A stretch of 64,000 nucleotides of DNA from assembly GCA_964016885.1 (NCBI GenBank), contig OZ024741.1:202182001-202246000 (forward strand). Reading direction: 5' to 3'. Every line of letters begins with the position of its first letter. Within the stretch, counting starts at the first letter, position 1. Shown here in pieces: positions 1 through 12,770 of the stretch. The notes below the pieces were generated by a model that was not told the origin of the DNA, searched no databases, and saw only the letters and a list, made by a program, of their open reading frames with translations. The stretch is from Eledone cirrhosa. Lineage: Eukaryota. A program made the translations under genes and the position numbers.

Positions 1-384
1 CTCTACAATCAAGATATATCAGGAACAAAAACGATGAGATTTTCACATTCCTTTAAGTTTATCTGTTGCCTCCATTGCTATCAAATTCATACAACTGCCA
101 GATTTTGACTACTACTTATTCTGCTTTGATGATATCCACTTCTGCACTAATTGTTCTTAGTGACTTCATTTCCTGATTTTGCTTTGCTCTTTCACTCCAC
201 TCACGGTGACCCAGTTGCTATGAAGCTGAAAGAGTGGCTGCTTTCAACATACATCAACTTGTCTCTTCTCAGACTGTTAACCTGCTGATTCTTTGAACCA
301 TTTCTTTATTTTAAACTCAGTCTCTCCATAGATATTAGAGTATATACAAAGTTTATAAAAAAAAAAACATATCTGCCCTTAGGC

Positions 385-905
385 TGGGAAAAAAAAGTAC
401 GTATTTGGTGGGGTTCAATTGTTAATCTACTTGAAGTAGTCCCCTTGGGCCTGCACACACTTATCCAAATGATAATCCCATTGTCGAAGCATGTCTGGAA
501 TGCTTCTTCCAGAATGGCACACAGCTCCACCATCATAGCCCACATGATGTACTCTCAGCTCTCAAAGCAGGAACATTTCAGTGGCATCTTCATTTATGGA
601 AACAACCAGAAGTCAGAAGGAGTCATGTCTGAAGAGCAGTGAGCCTGGAAAATAAACCGAATGATCTTTCTTTGCCCAGAAACCTTGGATTAGCTGCAAC
701 GAATGAGCTGAGGCATTGTCATGATGCAGCTGCCAGTTTTGCGAGGCCTACAGATCCAGTCTCTTGGACCAAACTGCAATACGATGTTGATGGACATTCC
801 GATAGTAACTGTTTGTCCTTTTGTTGCATATTTATAATGCAAAGCTCCTCAGTAATTGAAGAAGACAGCAGTATCACCTTTATTTTGCTTTGCACCTGAC
901 AAGCT
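385..905 (-). mobile_element. Degenerate mariner transposase relic
   Basis: Broken minus frames read WQLHHDNASAH, SDMTPSDFWLFP and CVQAQGDYFK*. Confidence 0.8.
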
Positions 906-1194
906 CACAAAAAATGATATATATGCATGTTTCCCTAATGTCAATAATTCCCACAGGAAAGAATATAGTGGCACATTTTTTCAACAGATCCAGTACACTT
1001 TAAGAATCCTTATAACACTACTTTATCACTGCAATTCAACCCTACATTAAAATAACATGCACCAGCTGCAACTTAGTGCATACACTGGTTGCACAAGTTG
1101 GCTAATTGAATAGACATTCACAATTTCTTATGTAAATTATCTAGAGCAGCAAATGTCCCTTAATTCTGACCCATCTGAAAATTCTAAACAAATA

Positions 1195-1378
1195 ATTGTT
1201 TCTACTTTAGGCACAAGGCCAGCAATTACCAGGTGCATTACTGGTACTTTATTTTATCGACCCCGTAAGGATGAAAGGCAAAGTTAACCTCGGCGGGATT
1301 TGAACTCAGATCATAAAGGGCCGTAACTCTATGCTGCAAAGCATGGCGTCCGACCCTCTACCGATACTGCCAATCCAC
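1195..1378 (-). mobile_element. tRNA-derived SINE (family S1), near full length
   Basis: Minus strand A box TGGCAGTATCGG, B box GAGTTCAAATCC, core CCTTTCATCCTTACGGGGTCGATAAAATAAAGTACC; more than 10 copies or fragments in the window. Confidence 0.85.
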
Positions 1379-1689
1379 AAATAATGCTTTCTAATTTAGG
1401 CACAATGCCAACAAGCTCAGTATTAAATTAGTTCTTTATTTTAACTCTTGAGAGGATGAAAAGCAAAGTTGACTTCAACAGGATTTCAACTGAGAACCTA
1501 AAGAGCCAAAACAAATACCTAAAATACTGAACAAGTAATGGAAACAACTTTTATAAACTAGCTATTTACCTCTACCTTGCTTTCAATAAATTATGTTACT
1601 GCAGTCCAGACTTAAACTAAGTTATAGCAGGCAGAAGAAATGTGGTTCCACATTAGAAGGCATATCTTTTCAAACATAATCATCATCAC

Positions 1690-2250
1690 AACATAGTGCC
1701 AGCCTTCTTGATCCGTTGTCATCACAGTTGTGAGGCTTAGTTTCTTAAAGTCACTCTTCACTACCACATCTCATGTCTTCCTGGATCTGCCTATTCCTCC
1801 GGTTCCAGCCACTGGGATGGTTCTACAATACTTTATGCAACTATCCTCCATATGCATCACATGTCCATACCAACACAGTCTTCTCTCTTTCACATTACAT
1901 CCAATCCCTCTTATGCCAAGTTTTCTTCTGCAATTAAGGCCTATGTTTCACTGTCATGTATCATTGCAGTTCGCATGCAGGCATCATACAATTTACTTAT
2001 CACTCTGAGTGAGAGCTTTTTGTTGTCAACAGACACATCAGCTCTCTAAACTTCTTCCAGCCTGTTCTGATCCTGGCTATCACACATTCAATGCATTCTC
2101 CCCCACTACTAATTTGATTGCTTAAGTAACAAAAAATGTTTGACAACCTCTAAAGAGCCTCCCTGGCAGCTGAAGGAATCTACTTCCCCTGAGTTCTTAG
2201 TGCTTACTTCTCTTGTGCATCTGCCACATACAAAGTCTATCTTTTCATAT
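1690..2250 (-). mobile_element. RTE LINE 3' fragment, degenerate
   Basis: Antisense similarity to the C-terminal region of the 27118-30237 ORF. Confidence 0.75.
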
Positions 2251-2284
2251 ATATCATATACACATACATATATTCATTATAAAT

Positions 2285-4440
2285 TATCATCTGTTAACGT
2301 CCATTTTCCACACTAACATGGGTTAGATGAGTTGTCCCATTAGAAGCAAGTTGGGTCAAGTGACTGTTTCTGGCTAGGTTTCTATGGCTGGATGCCCTTC
2401 CTAACACCAACCACATTTACAGTGTGTGCTGAGTACTTCTTGTTGTGACACTACACGACCACTATACAGTGTGGGCTGAATGCTTTTTGTCGAGACACCC
2501 ACATGAACACTTTACAGTGTGGGCTGGATGTTTTGTTCAGTGTAAGGGTGGTGTGGACAGGAGTGGTTGGGTGGGATATAGAGGTTAAGAGTTGCCTGCT
2601 AGATGTGTTTGAGTCTGTGTGCATAGGAAGGTAGGTTTTCTGTATTATTGCATAACGCCAAAGAGCTCAGTCCTGTGTCATTGTCTTTGAGAGGTGCAAG
2701 TGTGCAAGGTCAGCTTTTATCACTTCATCCCAGGTCTTCCTACTCCATAGCTTCCATCAATTTTTATACAGCTGTCATCCTTCATATGCATCACATGATC
2801 ATACCAACACAATCTCCTCTCTAGCATATTGCATCTAATCCCTCTTATATCGCTGTTCATGTATATTACTATTACACATCCTTCATTTCTTTCCAGGTCG
2901 TCTGCACACAGTGCCCAGGTCTCTCTACCATGTAACATTGCTGTTCGTATACATGCATCATACAATCTGCCCTTCATTTTAAGGGGAAAACCTTTTGTAG
3001 CTAGCAGCAATAGTAGCTCTCTGAACTTTCTCCATCCCGTTCTTACTCTGACTACTGTACTTTCGGAACACCCTCCTCCACTGCTGATTTTGTCACCCCA
3101 GGTAACAGAAAGTGTCAACTATTTCTATAGAACCGTCTGGGCAACTGAAGGAGCTAGTATCAGCTGCATATAAAATCTATGTTTCTTGATAGCCAGCCTG
3201 TGATGCCACATCTTTTATGTACCCATAGCTTGCATTTGGGACATAGAGTGGAATTTCTACCTACTCCTTCCTGCACACTGAGCAAGACCATTTTCCAGAG
3301 GGAATCTGGGCCCTGTTTTCCTTTCTACATATTAGAACTTTAGTCTTTGACAAGTTAACTTTAAGACCTTTTGATTCTAGGTTTGGAATTGTTTTCTCTA
3401 ATTCTGGCATAGATTCAGCTATGAGAGATCATCTGCATACAGAAGTTCCTATGGGCAGCCAGTCTTAAACTCTTCTGTTATAGCCTGTAGGGCAATAATA
3501 AACAGGAGAGGGCTAAGGACGGAACCCTGATAAACACCTACCTGTGTGCAAAATTCTTCACTACAGTCATTGTTAATTCTAAACCTTGCTGACTGTTTCC
3601 CTATACATGGCTTGTACAGCTTTCACAAGCCACTCATCTACCCCCAGTTTTCTAAGAGCCCACCAGATAATGGAACAGGAGACTCTGTGAAAGGTTTTCT
3701 CCAAATCAACAAAAGCTAAGTAGAGGGGGTTTACTTTTAGCATGGGACTTCTCCTGCAATTGCCTCATGAGGAAGAGAGCATCTGTGGTACTTTTACCTG
3801 GCACGAAACCAGCATGTCATCAAGGTTAATTCGGTCCCTAATCAGCTGTGCGATAACTTTTTTGGAGACCTTCATGACCTGGTCAACTAGTTTAATGCTT
3901 CTGTAGTTTTTTCTGTCTAAACCATTTCCTTTGCCCTTGTAGTAGTTGACGATGCGCTGCTATGCCAGTCATTGGGTATGACCCCATTTTGTATTACTTG
4001 TTTTATGATACAGGAAACTATGGTGTATCCCACCATCCCAGACGCTTTCAGCAGCTCAGCAACTATCCCCAAAGGTCCAGCTGCATCCCATTCATTCTCC
4101 TCATTTAGTAGTCTTTCATAGTGGCACGTCCATGCTTCCTTCTTTTCAGCATCAGTTAGGGCAAGTGCACCATTATCATCGCAAACACACGTCTCCCCAA
4201 CAATATCACAATTTTCCCTGACACATTGTCTCGCAATCCGGAACACCTCACGCCTTTGGTCTTCGCGCTGCTGAACATGCTCAAATTTATTATCTTATGC
4301 TTCCCTTCTTGCAAGGTACACTTGTTGCCTAGCTTCTCTCCAAGTCACCTGGTAGTGTTCTCTATTTCCTCCATCCCACCATTCTTTCCATGCCCATCTT
4401 TTGGCCTTAATTGTCTCCTCCACCCTACTGTTTCACCACC
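2285..4440 (-). mobile_element. 5'-truncated RTE LINE, frameshifted, with 3' UTR
   Basis: ORF pieces 2720-3118 and 3917-4246 match the intact RTE protein; 2285-2640 matches its 3' UTR and tail. Confidence 0.9.
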
Positions 4441-4477
4441 TATATATATATATATATATATTAGTAAATTGAATAGA

Positions 4478-5472
4478 TTTCACCGTATTTTTGACTAAAG
4501 GAATTTTAGCCTGATAATGGGATTTAGAACCCTCAGATAAATGGAAAAAGATGAGTATTGACGTACATGGGAGTTGAACCCACATCTTTGGTTATCGCGA
4601 CCACTGTGCTACCATTACACCAACACATCACCCGTCTCTTTCCATTCAAATTAGAAGCTACATTCTTAGTGAGTTTAAATGGCAAGTAAGTATGTTTTGA
4701 AACAGTGAGCAGGTTTGAAATTAGGAAATAGAATAGCTTTCACCGTATTTTTGACTAAAGGAATTTTAGCCTGATAATGGGGTCTAGAACCCTCGCTAAG
4801 AATGTAGTTTCTAATTTGAATGGAAAGAGATGGGTGATGTGTTGGTGTAATGGTAGCACAGTGGTCGCGATAACCAAAATGTGGGTTCAACTCCCATGTA
4901 CGTCAATACTCATCTTTTTCCATTTATCTGAGGGTTCTAAACCCCATTATCAGGCTAAAATTCCTTTAGTCAAAAATACGGTGAAAGCTATTCTATTTCC
5001 TAATTTCAAACCTGCTCACTGTTTCAAAACACATTTACTTGCCATTTAAACTCACTAAGAATGTAGTTTCTAATTTAAATGGAAAGAGACGGGTGATGTG
5101 TTGGTGTAATGGTAGCACAGTGGTCGCGCTAACCAAAGATGTGGGTGCGACTCCCATGTACGTCAATACTCATCTTTTTCCATTTATCTGAGGGTTCTTA
5201 CTTGATATATATATAAGTATGTTTTGAAACAGTGAGCAGGTTTGAAATTAGAAAATAGCATAGCTTTCACCGTATTTTTGACTAATGGAATTTTAGCCTG
5301 ATAATGGGGTTTAGAACCCTCGGAGAAATGGAAAAAGATGAGTATTGACGTACATGGGAGTCGAACCCACATCTTTGGTTATCGCGGCCACTCTGCTACC
5401 ATTACACCAACACATCACCCATCTCTTTTCATTCAAATTAGAAACTACATTCTTAGCGAGTTTAAATGGCAA
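4478..5472. repeat. 260-bp unit array (forward 4478-4794, inverted 4795-5198, forward 5216-5472) next to (TA)n
   Basis: CACCGTATTTTTGAC recurs at 4481 and 4741, and as reverse complement near 4970-4983. Confidence 0.92.
5095..5165 (+). ncRNA. tRNA-like cloverleaf in the 260-bp unit (other copies 4836-4905 +, 4559-4629 -, 5346-5416 -)
   Basis: Acceptor GATGTGT/GTACGTC; D arm GTGTAATGGTAGCAC; stem TGGT/ACCA with 7-nt loop; consensus T arm GTGGG-TTCRACT-CCCAT (this copy TGCGACT); T5 about 10 nt downstream. No U33, so not a canonical tRNA. Confidence 0.65.
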
Positions 5473-5479
5473 CTTACAA

Positions 5480-6249
5480 TTGAAACGAAGTCATCAGAAG
5501 AACCGATGTATCTCCGATCGTTCTGTCACTCACTCAATGATTTAATTAAGCCAGCATCACTAGGATACTAATCGAAAAGGAAAGCAGAGTGCACACTTAT
5601 ACATTAATAGTGAGAGAAACTATTTTGTGTGGGTAGACAATTTGCTTCTCTGTCCCCAGACCAGGCACTAGTTTCTGTTACCCTGTCCGCTGGCAGCAGT
5701 TCATGTTTGACTGGCGTGTACAGAAATTAGGTAATGTTATTAAACATTACCTAACGGCTAAGAGTACTTTCCTCAGCGGGGAGTTAGCCTTCTTGGAACA
5801 GGTCAAACATTAGCCCAATGCATTTGGTGTGGAATGGCTGTTACAGTAGTCAACGCCTCTACAGTGACAGTGAAAGGACTAAACTAGTATTCCCTATTTT
5901 TGTGGAACATGCTGGTCATTTTTACAAATTGAAAAAAGTAAAGAATGAGCCATGGAAGCACTCGACCAGACATTCAGTATAAAAAACAAAGACAAAATTG
6001 CAAACAATTAATAAAAATCAAACTATAAAACAGTGTAAAATGTTCAACTTACAATTTGTATGTGGGTTACCCTGGGAATTAAAATAATAATATTGAAACA
6101 AAGTCATCAGAAGAACCGATGTATTTCCGATCGTTCTGTTACTCACTCAATGCTTTAATTAAGCCAGCATCACTAGGACATCAACCAAAAAGGAAAGCAG
6201 AGTGCACACTTACACATTAACGTGAGAGAAACGATTTTATGTGGGTAGA
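5480..6249. repeat. About 160-bp direct repeats (5480-5638, 6093-6249) around a ~450-bp unique spacer
   Basis: Both copies run from TTGAAACRAAGTCATCAGAAGAACCGATG to TGTGGGTAGA. Confidence 0.85.
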
Positions 6250-7213
6250 GAATATATTTATATATATGTGTGTATATATATATTTATAAACTTAAGAAAA
6301 TTAACAAAGAAAGGACAAGACAACTAATGGAAACAAAACAAAACAAAAAACAATTTTTTAAGGGAAAACCTTACAAAAAATTATTTAAAAAAATAAAAAT
6401 ACAAACGAAGGACACAGAACTCGATGGTCATTGGTCGTTGAGATGGATTTTGGCAGTTTCAACCCCTACCCCACGGTACAGCTGTTCCACCCGGGATCAC
6501 AGTGTCTGACATAAGCCAAACGCTGTCCAGTGGAGTAAGAGACGAGAGACAAAACATTAATTTATAGCAATTAAGCTACAACTATACATAGAATTTTGTG
6601 TGACATCAGAGAAAAAGTGTGGCGCCTCTTATGGGATGAAAGACATGAATGAATAATAGGCTTCTTCACTGTTTTTGCTTACCAAATCCCACTCACAAGG
6701 TATCATTGAACCCTAGGCAAAATTAGAAGACACTTACTTAAGATGCTATTCCCAGTGGAGTCAAACTAGGATAAGATTGCATACACAGTGTGAGTCTTTG
6801 ACTTTCACAATGTATTCCCATACAAACCATGCCATTATTTAATGTTTTCTATCACCATATCTATACTGAAAATGTAAGTCAATTATAAACAATTGAAACT
6901 AATATAAGAATCAATGATTATAAAATGATTTGACTTATAAACTCATCATTTTTGTGCTAGAAAGAAAAAAGGGCCAATTTCTTCAAGAATATATACACTT
7001 TTCTTTGAGATTCTGGGATTTTGTAATTGTAATTTTCAATAACAATACCCCTATTCTTTTTGTAGCTTGTAAACTAGATTCTTTAATGAAGAATAATTTA
7101 AGATTTATATAAATATAGAATAAAATAAATATTTCTGAGAAATACAAAATAATTTATTAATAAATAAAAATGATTTACATAAAAAGGTCTTGTTAAATGC
7201 TTCCCAGCTGTTG

Positions 7214-7288
7214 TTAGACATTCTGTGAAAGTTTGGGTCCTTTTTTATGTTTTTTCTTTGTTTTAATAACTTCTTTTGGAAAACTTTC
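7214..7288 (-). CDS. CCDC134: CCDC134 terminal coding exon (ESFPKEVIKTKKKHKKGPKLSQNV*)
   Basis: Pyrimidine tract + TAG acceptor; basic tract and KGPKLS correspond to vertebrate KGPRIS; TAA stop. Confidence 0.85.
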   Translation of the reverse strand, partial: ESFPKEVIKTKKKHKKGPKLSQNV

Positions 7289-7869
7289 CTATGTACAAAA
7301 CAAAAATTCTCATAAGCCAATGTTATCATTCAATATATATACAAATATATAAAATGCAATACATATAAGAAGAAACAAGTTTAATCCTTTCATTAATATA
7401 TTTTTAATGAAAGGCATTGCATAAAATTTTCAATTAATTTTGAAAATAGTCCATAATTTGAAGGGATTAAGCACTGTAACCAAACTTCATACTACTAATC
7501 TGGTACTTTGAGCATTGTTTAATAAAGGCTCCCACACAAAACCATAAAGACACTTTAAAACAAAAGGACACTCTTGTATCAGTGTATGATGGGTAATTTT
7601 AGGTAATGTTATATCAAAATGGGATTGTAAAAGGAGTAAATTTAAGATCATCTATGAAAGAAAGAATTTAGTAAGAAACTGAAGAACAGAATAGTTTTCT
7701 TAATAAACAAGCTACTAGAAAAGGACAAATCTGTAATGTAAGAGATTTTTCAACTTGTAAGTATCACTATTTAAAAAAGACAATTGTTTTCTATATTTTA
7801 AATTTACTTTATTATAATTTTCAAAACATTAAAGTAAGACAAACATATTTGCTGTCATTTATTGATGGC

Positions 7870-8300
7870 ATGAGAGAGAAATGTTTAAGTTTGAGAAAGA
7901 AAGAGGGGTGTGATGTACAGGGATGAATTGCTTGAAGGGTGAAATGGGAGAAATTGTTGTAGACTTAAATGGAATTAAGAAAAGGTGGAGGAGATATATG
8001 GAGGGATTGTTGAATGTGGAGGATGAATGGGATGGCAACAAAGAGAGCAATCCAGTTCTTAGACCAGTAAAAGAGATAGTTGAGGAAGAAGTTGGGGAAG
8101 AATTGAGACAGATGAAGTGGAAAGGTAGGAGAGTTGACAGAACAGGAAGCTGGAGTGTTAAATGGATGACAAAGATCTGTAGGTTGATGGTGAAAGAAGA
8201 CTGTATTCCAGTGGATTGGGAGTTGAATACTCTCATCGCTGACAAGGGAAAGGTAAACCTTTAGACTGTGGCTTGTATAGAGCAATATAGTTATTGAAGG
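7870..8300 (+). mobile_element. Old RTE LINE internal fragment
   Basis: ORF 7923-8264 KKRWRRYMEGLLNVEDEWD...IPVDW resembles the RTE pre-RT region. Confidence 0.75.
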
Positions 8301-8839
8301 CATTATTTTCTCTAGCCAGAAACAAACCTCAAGCTGATTTTCTTCTATAAATGTTTATCCAGGAAGGAGAGACAATGCCCATAAACTTTGATGATCATCA
8401 TAGATTTGTGAGGATGATGTAGGTGATGTTCAACTTGAATTTCTACAGGTTGATATCTATAGAGGAAACATGAGCAGAAATAAGCTAACACAGGAACCTC
8501 TACACAGTTGCTCAACCTGCTATAAATATCAGTCACATCCCACTCAAATCATAACTTAACACTTTAAAGGAAAAGCACTTAGATATTGTCCTAGATACAT
8601 TGTCTGAAAAAAAACAGAGATACAGCTTGCTAGTTTATTTTTAGAAGCATCACAACTACTAATTTTATGAGTATTACATTAGTGTGCCTCAAAAAGGAAC
8701 AGTAATTGTTTAGAATTGAATACAAACCTTTAAAAATAAGAGAGTGACAAAATGTAATACTAGAAATACATTTTTTACAATTAGACAGTAAAAAAATGGT
8801 TCAATTTTCAAGACAAGTAGTAAAATTAAAAGATCTTAC

Positions 8840-8908
8840 CTCAACAGTTTTACGAAAGGGGTTCGAATATGCTGGATCTCTGGGAATAAATTCTAATTCT
8901 TGACTCAA
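8840..8908 (-). CDS. CCDC134: CCDC134 coding exon 5 (LSQELEFIPRDPAYSNPFRKTVE)
   Basis: TTTCAG acceptor, GTAAGA donor, 69 nt, phase 0-0, QEL...NPF motif. Confidence 0.92.
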
Positions 8909-9339
8909 CTGAAATAAATTTAGGGGAAAAAAAATCTGTTTCAATGAAAGCAGAAAAAATTCCATTAAATGGGACCACAAAAAACAAACAGTTTGGTCAA
9001 AAGATAAATTCACAAGAACAATCAATTTATGTTTTTTTTTTTTTTTTTGGAGGGGAGGGAAAGAGTGTATTCATTAATTTTCTTCATGTTATTGTTTCTT
9101 TGTCTTTTTTTCTGTTTACTATTTCAAATTCAGTATGCATGAGTACATTAAAGTTTATATACAATATTCTTTCTTTTTTCTATACAAGTTTGGAGCACCA
9201 AAACTCAACTATCCATGGAATGAGTCAATGTTTTTCAGCTTCCATTTAAAAAATGAAAACTATTTGCTTGATCAAATTTCAAAGCATTATGAAATCCTCC
9301 AATGTTTTACATGGTTTGTCGTTACTGTTACATACCAGT

Positions 9340-10460
9340 GAAACATAGGCCTCAACCACAGAAGACCTGCAGCGGCTAGAAAGAAACAAACTGAGTATGC
9401 TTCAATGAATGTGTAATGAACAACTGTGAGGGCTGGTGTTATGCTTGATTTATCCCTATGTCCTCTCTTCCACTAGCACTCCCTAACAGCTATCCTCCCC
9501 ATCACTACACACCCCACGCCATCCATGCCACCTCCAGTATCACTCCTTAGCTGCTGCTTCCTCTAAAGCACCTATAGCCTCTCCACTACCTCCCCTTAGC
9601 TATTCTCTCCATTATTACACTTCCCCTGGTGTGTGCCATCCTCCTCACCCATGCACTATTGACCACACCATCCCCTTACCACCACCACCAACACTATCTC
9701 CACTTAGGTGTTCTCACCACAACATTCCCTCTCTCTACACTATAAAAAGTCATACTTTGCTTTTCCCCACTCATGACTATCAAATAACACCGCACTTGCA
9801 ATAATTTTATACTTATCTCCCTTCTCCTATCATTCCCACCTAACCCCCACAGAGCAGAGATGCTCTTCCATTGTTGACAAGGACAAACAACCTCTCTAAC
9901 ATTGGTGCCATGAAAATGCATCTGGTATACCTTGTAAGGTGGTTGGCAATAGGAAGAGCACCTTGTTGTAGAGACCATGTCTAAAATGGGTTGAGAGGAC
10001 CCTGCAGTTGTATCATAACACGACAGCCTCCCTAGTGTTGATGATCTACACAGTACATGCTGTAAAGTGGTTGGTGATATGAAGGGCATCCAGCAATAGA
10101 AAGCTTGCCAAATTAAGAGTTGAGAGAACCTTTCTTGTGCTGGTACACTCAGTAGCATATGAGACCATATGTAAGTGAGATACAGACCCCCAACCTGTCT
10201 GGGAGGTCAGTAGCCCTACTTCAGTACTGTCCCAACCAACCCTTGCTAGCAGGGAAAGTGGAGGTTAAACGATGATAATGATGATGACACACATATATCA
10301 TCATCATCATCATCATCATCATTTTTATATCCACTTTTCCATGCTAGCATGGGTTAGATGGGATGGTTTGAGACAATATTTTACAGCCAGATGCCCTTTA
10401 TCATGTCGCCTTTTAGTCACCTCTTACATGCAGGGATATGGTGTGCCTATTCTAAAAAGG
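9340..10460. mobile_element. RTE-derived debris (C-rich tract, RTE 3' UTR/tail +, inverted tail -)
   Basis: GAAGGGCATCCAGC and CCTTGCTAGCAGGGAAAGTGGAGGTTAAACGATGAT resemble the 3' end of the intact RTE. Confidence 0.55.
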
Positions 10461-10599
10461 ATTGTTTGCTAATATATAAGGTAAAGAATTGAAAGCATCA
10501 AGGAAAATAGTTAACTTCTTGTGTGATATGGAAACATTGGGTATTAAGACAACAAAGAATGTATTGATTTAAACTTTCAAAGAAACACAAAAGAGATAT

Positions 10600-11200
10600 T
10601 CTTCTTCTTCGCCCACTTACACCTGGGAGGGTCATGAGGGTAGAGTCCTCAAACACTCCTTCCATCAAGTCAAGACAGAAGCAACGGTTTCCAACTGATC
10701 CGGATGGATAGCCAAGCAAGACCAGCCGAGCTCATGGATGTTATCCAACCATCTTGCTCAGGGTCTACCTCTGGGTCTCCTGCCAGTTGGTTTTGCCTGT
10801 AAAATCTGTCCAGTGATTCTTTCCTGAGACATTCTAACCACATGCCCCAACTACTGAAGCTGTGATCTCTTAATTCGGAGAAGTAGCAGCTCTACCTGGA
10901 GCAACTCTCTATTTTAGGGAACCCTATTTCAGCTGCTTATATTTGTGATCGAGATATTAAAAATTAGAATTTCCAAATGATAGAAATAAATAAGTACATT
11001 AAATATGTTTAAGTAACAAAAATGCCAGTATCAGACTTAGAAGAAACAAGATGGTTGGATAACAGCCATGAACTCGGCAGATCTCGCTTGGGGATCCAGC
11101 TGGATCAATTGGAGATAGTTGCTTCTGACAAGACCTGCTGGAAGGAGTGTTTGAGGACTCTTCCATTATGACCATCTCAGGAATAAGTGGAAGAAGTAGA
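10600..11200. mobile_element. 3' fragments of a second RTE family (10600-10950 -, 11045-11200 +)
   Basis: CAAGATGGTTGGATAACAGCCATGAACTCGG closely matches the 3' ends near 53000-53150 and 62200-62330. Confidence 0.7.
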
Positions 11201-11282
11201 AGAGGAGAATGAGAGGAAGAAGAAGAAGGAGGAGGAGAAGGAGGAGGAGAAGAAGGAGGAGAGGAAGAGAACAACAACATAC

Positions 11283-11461
11283 CACTGCTAACATTTTCTG
11301 ATGCACATCATCATAAATTCTACTTTGTTGACAAAACACAATACACCAAGCTATGCATATTCTCCAAGGGTCATTTTTGTCAAAAAGATCATGAGCGACA
11401 TCTGGTAACTTTAGCATCAAATCACTAAATAATGCTGTTTTTTCAAGAATTTGGGAGAGTG
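11283..11461 (-). CDS. CCDC134: CCDC134 coding exon 4 ((S)LSQILEKTALFSDLMLKLPDVAHDLFDKNDPWRICIAWCIVFCQQSRIYDDVHQKMLAV)
   Basis: TTTTTCAG acceptor, GTATGT donor, 179 nt. Strong resemblance to the CCDC134 core FSHVVENTAFFGDVVLRFP...W...W...FC. Confidence 0.93.
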
Positions 11462-12556
11462 CTGAAAAAGAAATATATGATATAGATTGTAATTGTTTTC
11501 ATGGCATGAAACATTTTTGAATATACTATAAACCATTTTTAGATAGAGTCCAATATTTTCTCAAACTTTTATGTACTTTGAGTACTTTCTTTGAGAATAA
11601 TCTTAAGTTATATTTTAAAGAAATAGTGCTGGTTGTTACATTAGTTTAAAGAATTTTAACAACCAAATTATTCAAGATTATTGAAACGGATATGTCCAAT
11701 GAAATAATTAGCTAATGCCAGCCAAGGTAAAATCTCCAGTGAACAGAGCTTATTGTTTAGAGTAGCTTTGATATGGCAAGTAACAGCTTAAGTTGATAAT
11801 ATCAGCCTGCTGAAGAGTCACTGTTTAATACCCTCTTATCATTTGCTGTCTTAAGTTACTCTCAAAGATATGGTCAATTGTCAATCCACTTAACTACAAA
11901 CACATATCTTTGAGGAGTAAACAAGTTGAGCTTTTTGATAACAAATTTCCTTAAACCATCCCTGGTTTTATAATACAAAAATGCTGACTTTAAAGTGTTA
12001 ATCATCTTCATCATCATCTTCATTTTTAAATCCTCTTTTCCATGCTGGTATGGGTTGGACAGGATGGTATGAGACAAAGTTTTATAGCCAGATGCTTTTC
12101 CTAACATCAACTCTTTTAATCGCCTCTTATGACACAGAGGGATACAGTGAGCATCTTCTAAAACTGGGATACACAGAGAGATACTTATATTAAAACTTTC
12201 CATCTTAATTTTATTTAAGAATATCTATTAAGTATTGCTTCAAACATCAGTTTATTAATGAAAAATCTAAGTTATTTTACTAAATTCCTCATAATTTCTA
12301 ATAATTTTCAAAATTAATTGAAATATATTAGCAATATTTTTCATTAGATATATAGTAACAGAAGGGTAAGTTGATGTCTAAATAATGGGTTTTAAGTTAG
12401 TTAGTTCAATGATAAGCTCATATCCTCTCATAGGCTACAAAAAGCAAGAAACAGTTCAAGCATATGTTCCCTACAATTATTTTATATAGACATTGATTTA
12501 AGGAATATCTCTATGACATCAATACTAAGTAATATTAAATTACTGTAATATAAACT

Positions 12557-12770
12557 CAACTCTTTAGTATTTAAACCAGCTGTATCTGGCCAGAATTCTC
12601 TCGCCTCTTTCTTTTCAAACCGCCCATAACTGGCCACTCATACTGATGTTAAGGAATTATTCTCAAAATAAATAATATAAAATCTCATAGATTCGATATT
12701 ATGCGAGATAAAGCCTTTACCATGAAAATACAATAGTAAATATAGAGTAATGTAAATGCTAAAGGGTTAA
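12557..12770. mobile_element. piggyBac-like MITE (ends ...CTAAAGGGTTAA)
   Basis: GGG-TTAA terminus; second copy split across 22612-22636 and 24071-24278 in opposite orientation. Confidence 0.6.

Noticed and set aside
4509-4548. CTGATAA-hairpin-GAAA in the 260-bp unit as a hammerhead
   Set aside because: G8 is missing, GAAA is misplaced and there is no stem I/III.
4836-4905. Functional tRNA-Ser(CGA) gene
   Set aside because: No U33 or purine 37, short variable loop, three G-U acceptor pairs, and copies vary in the loop.
5480-5530. Hammerhead in the 160-bp direct repeat (GAAACGAAGTC on plus, CTGATGA on minus)
   Set aside because: The two core halves are on opposite strands; no complete core on either.
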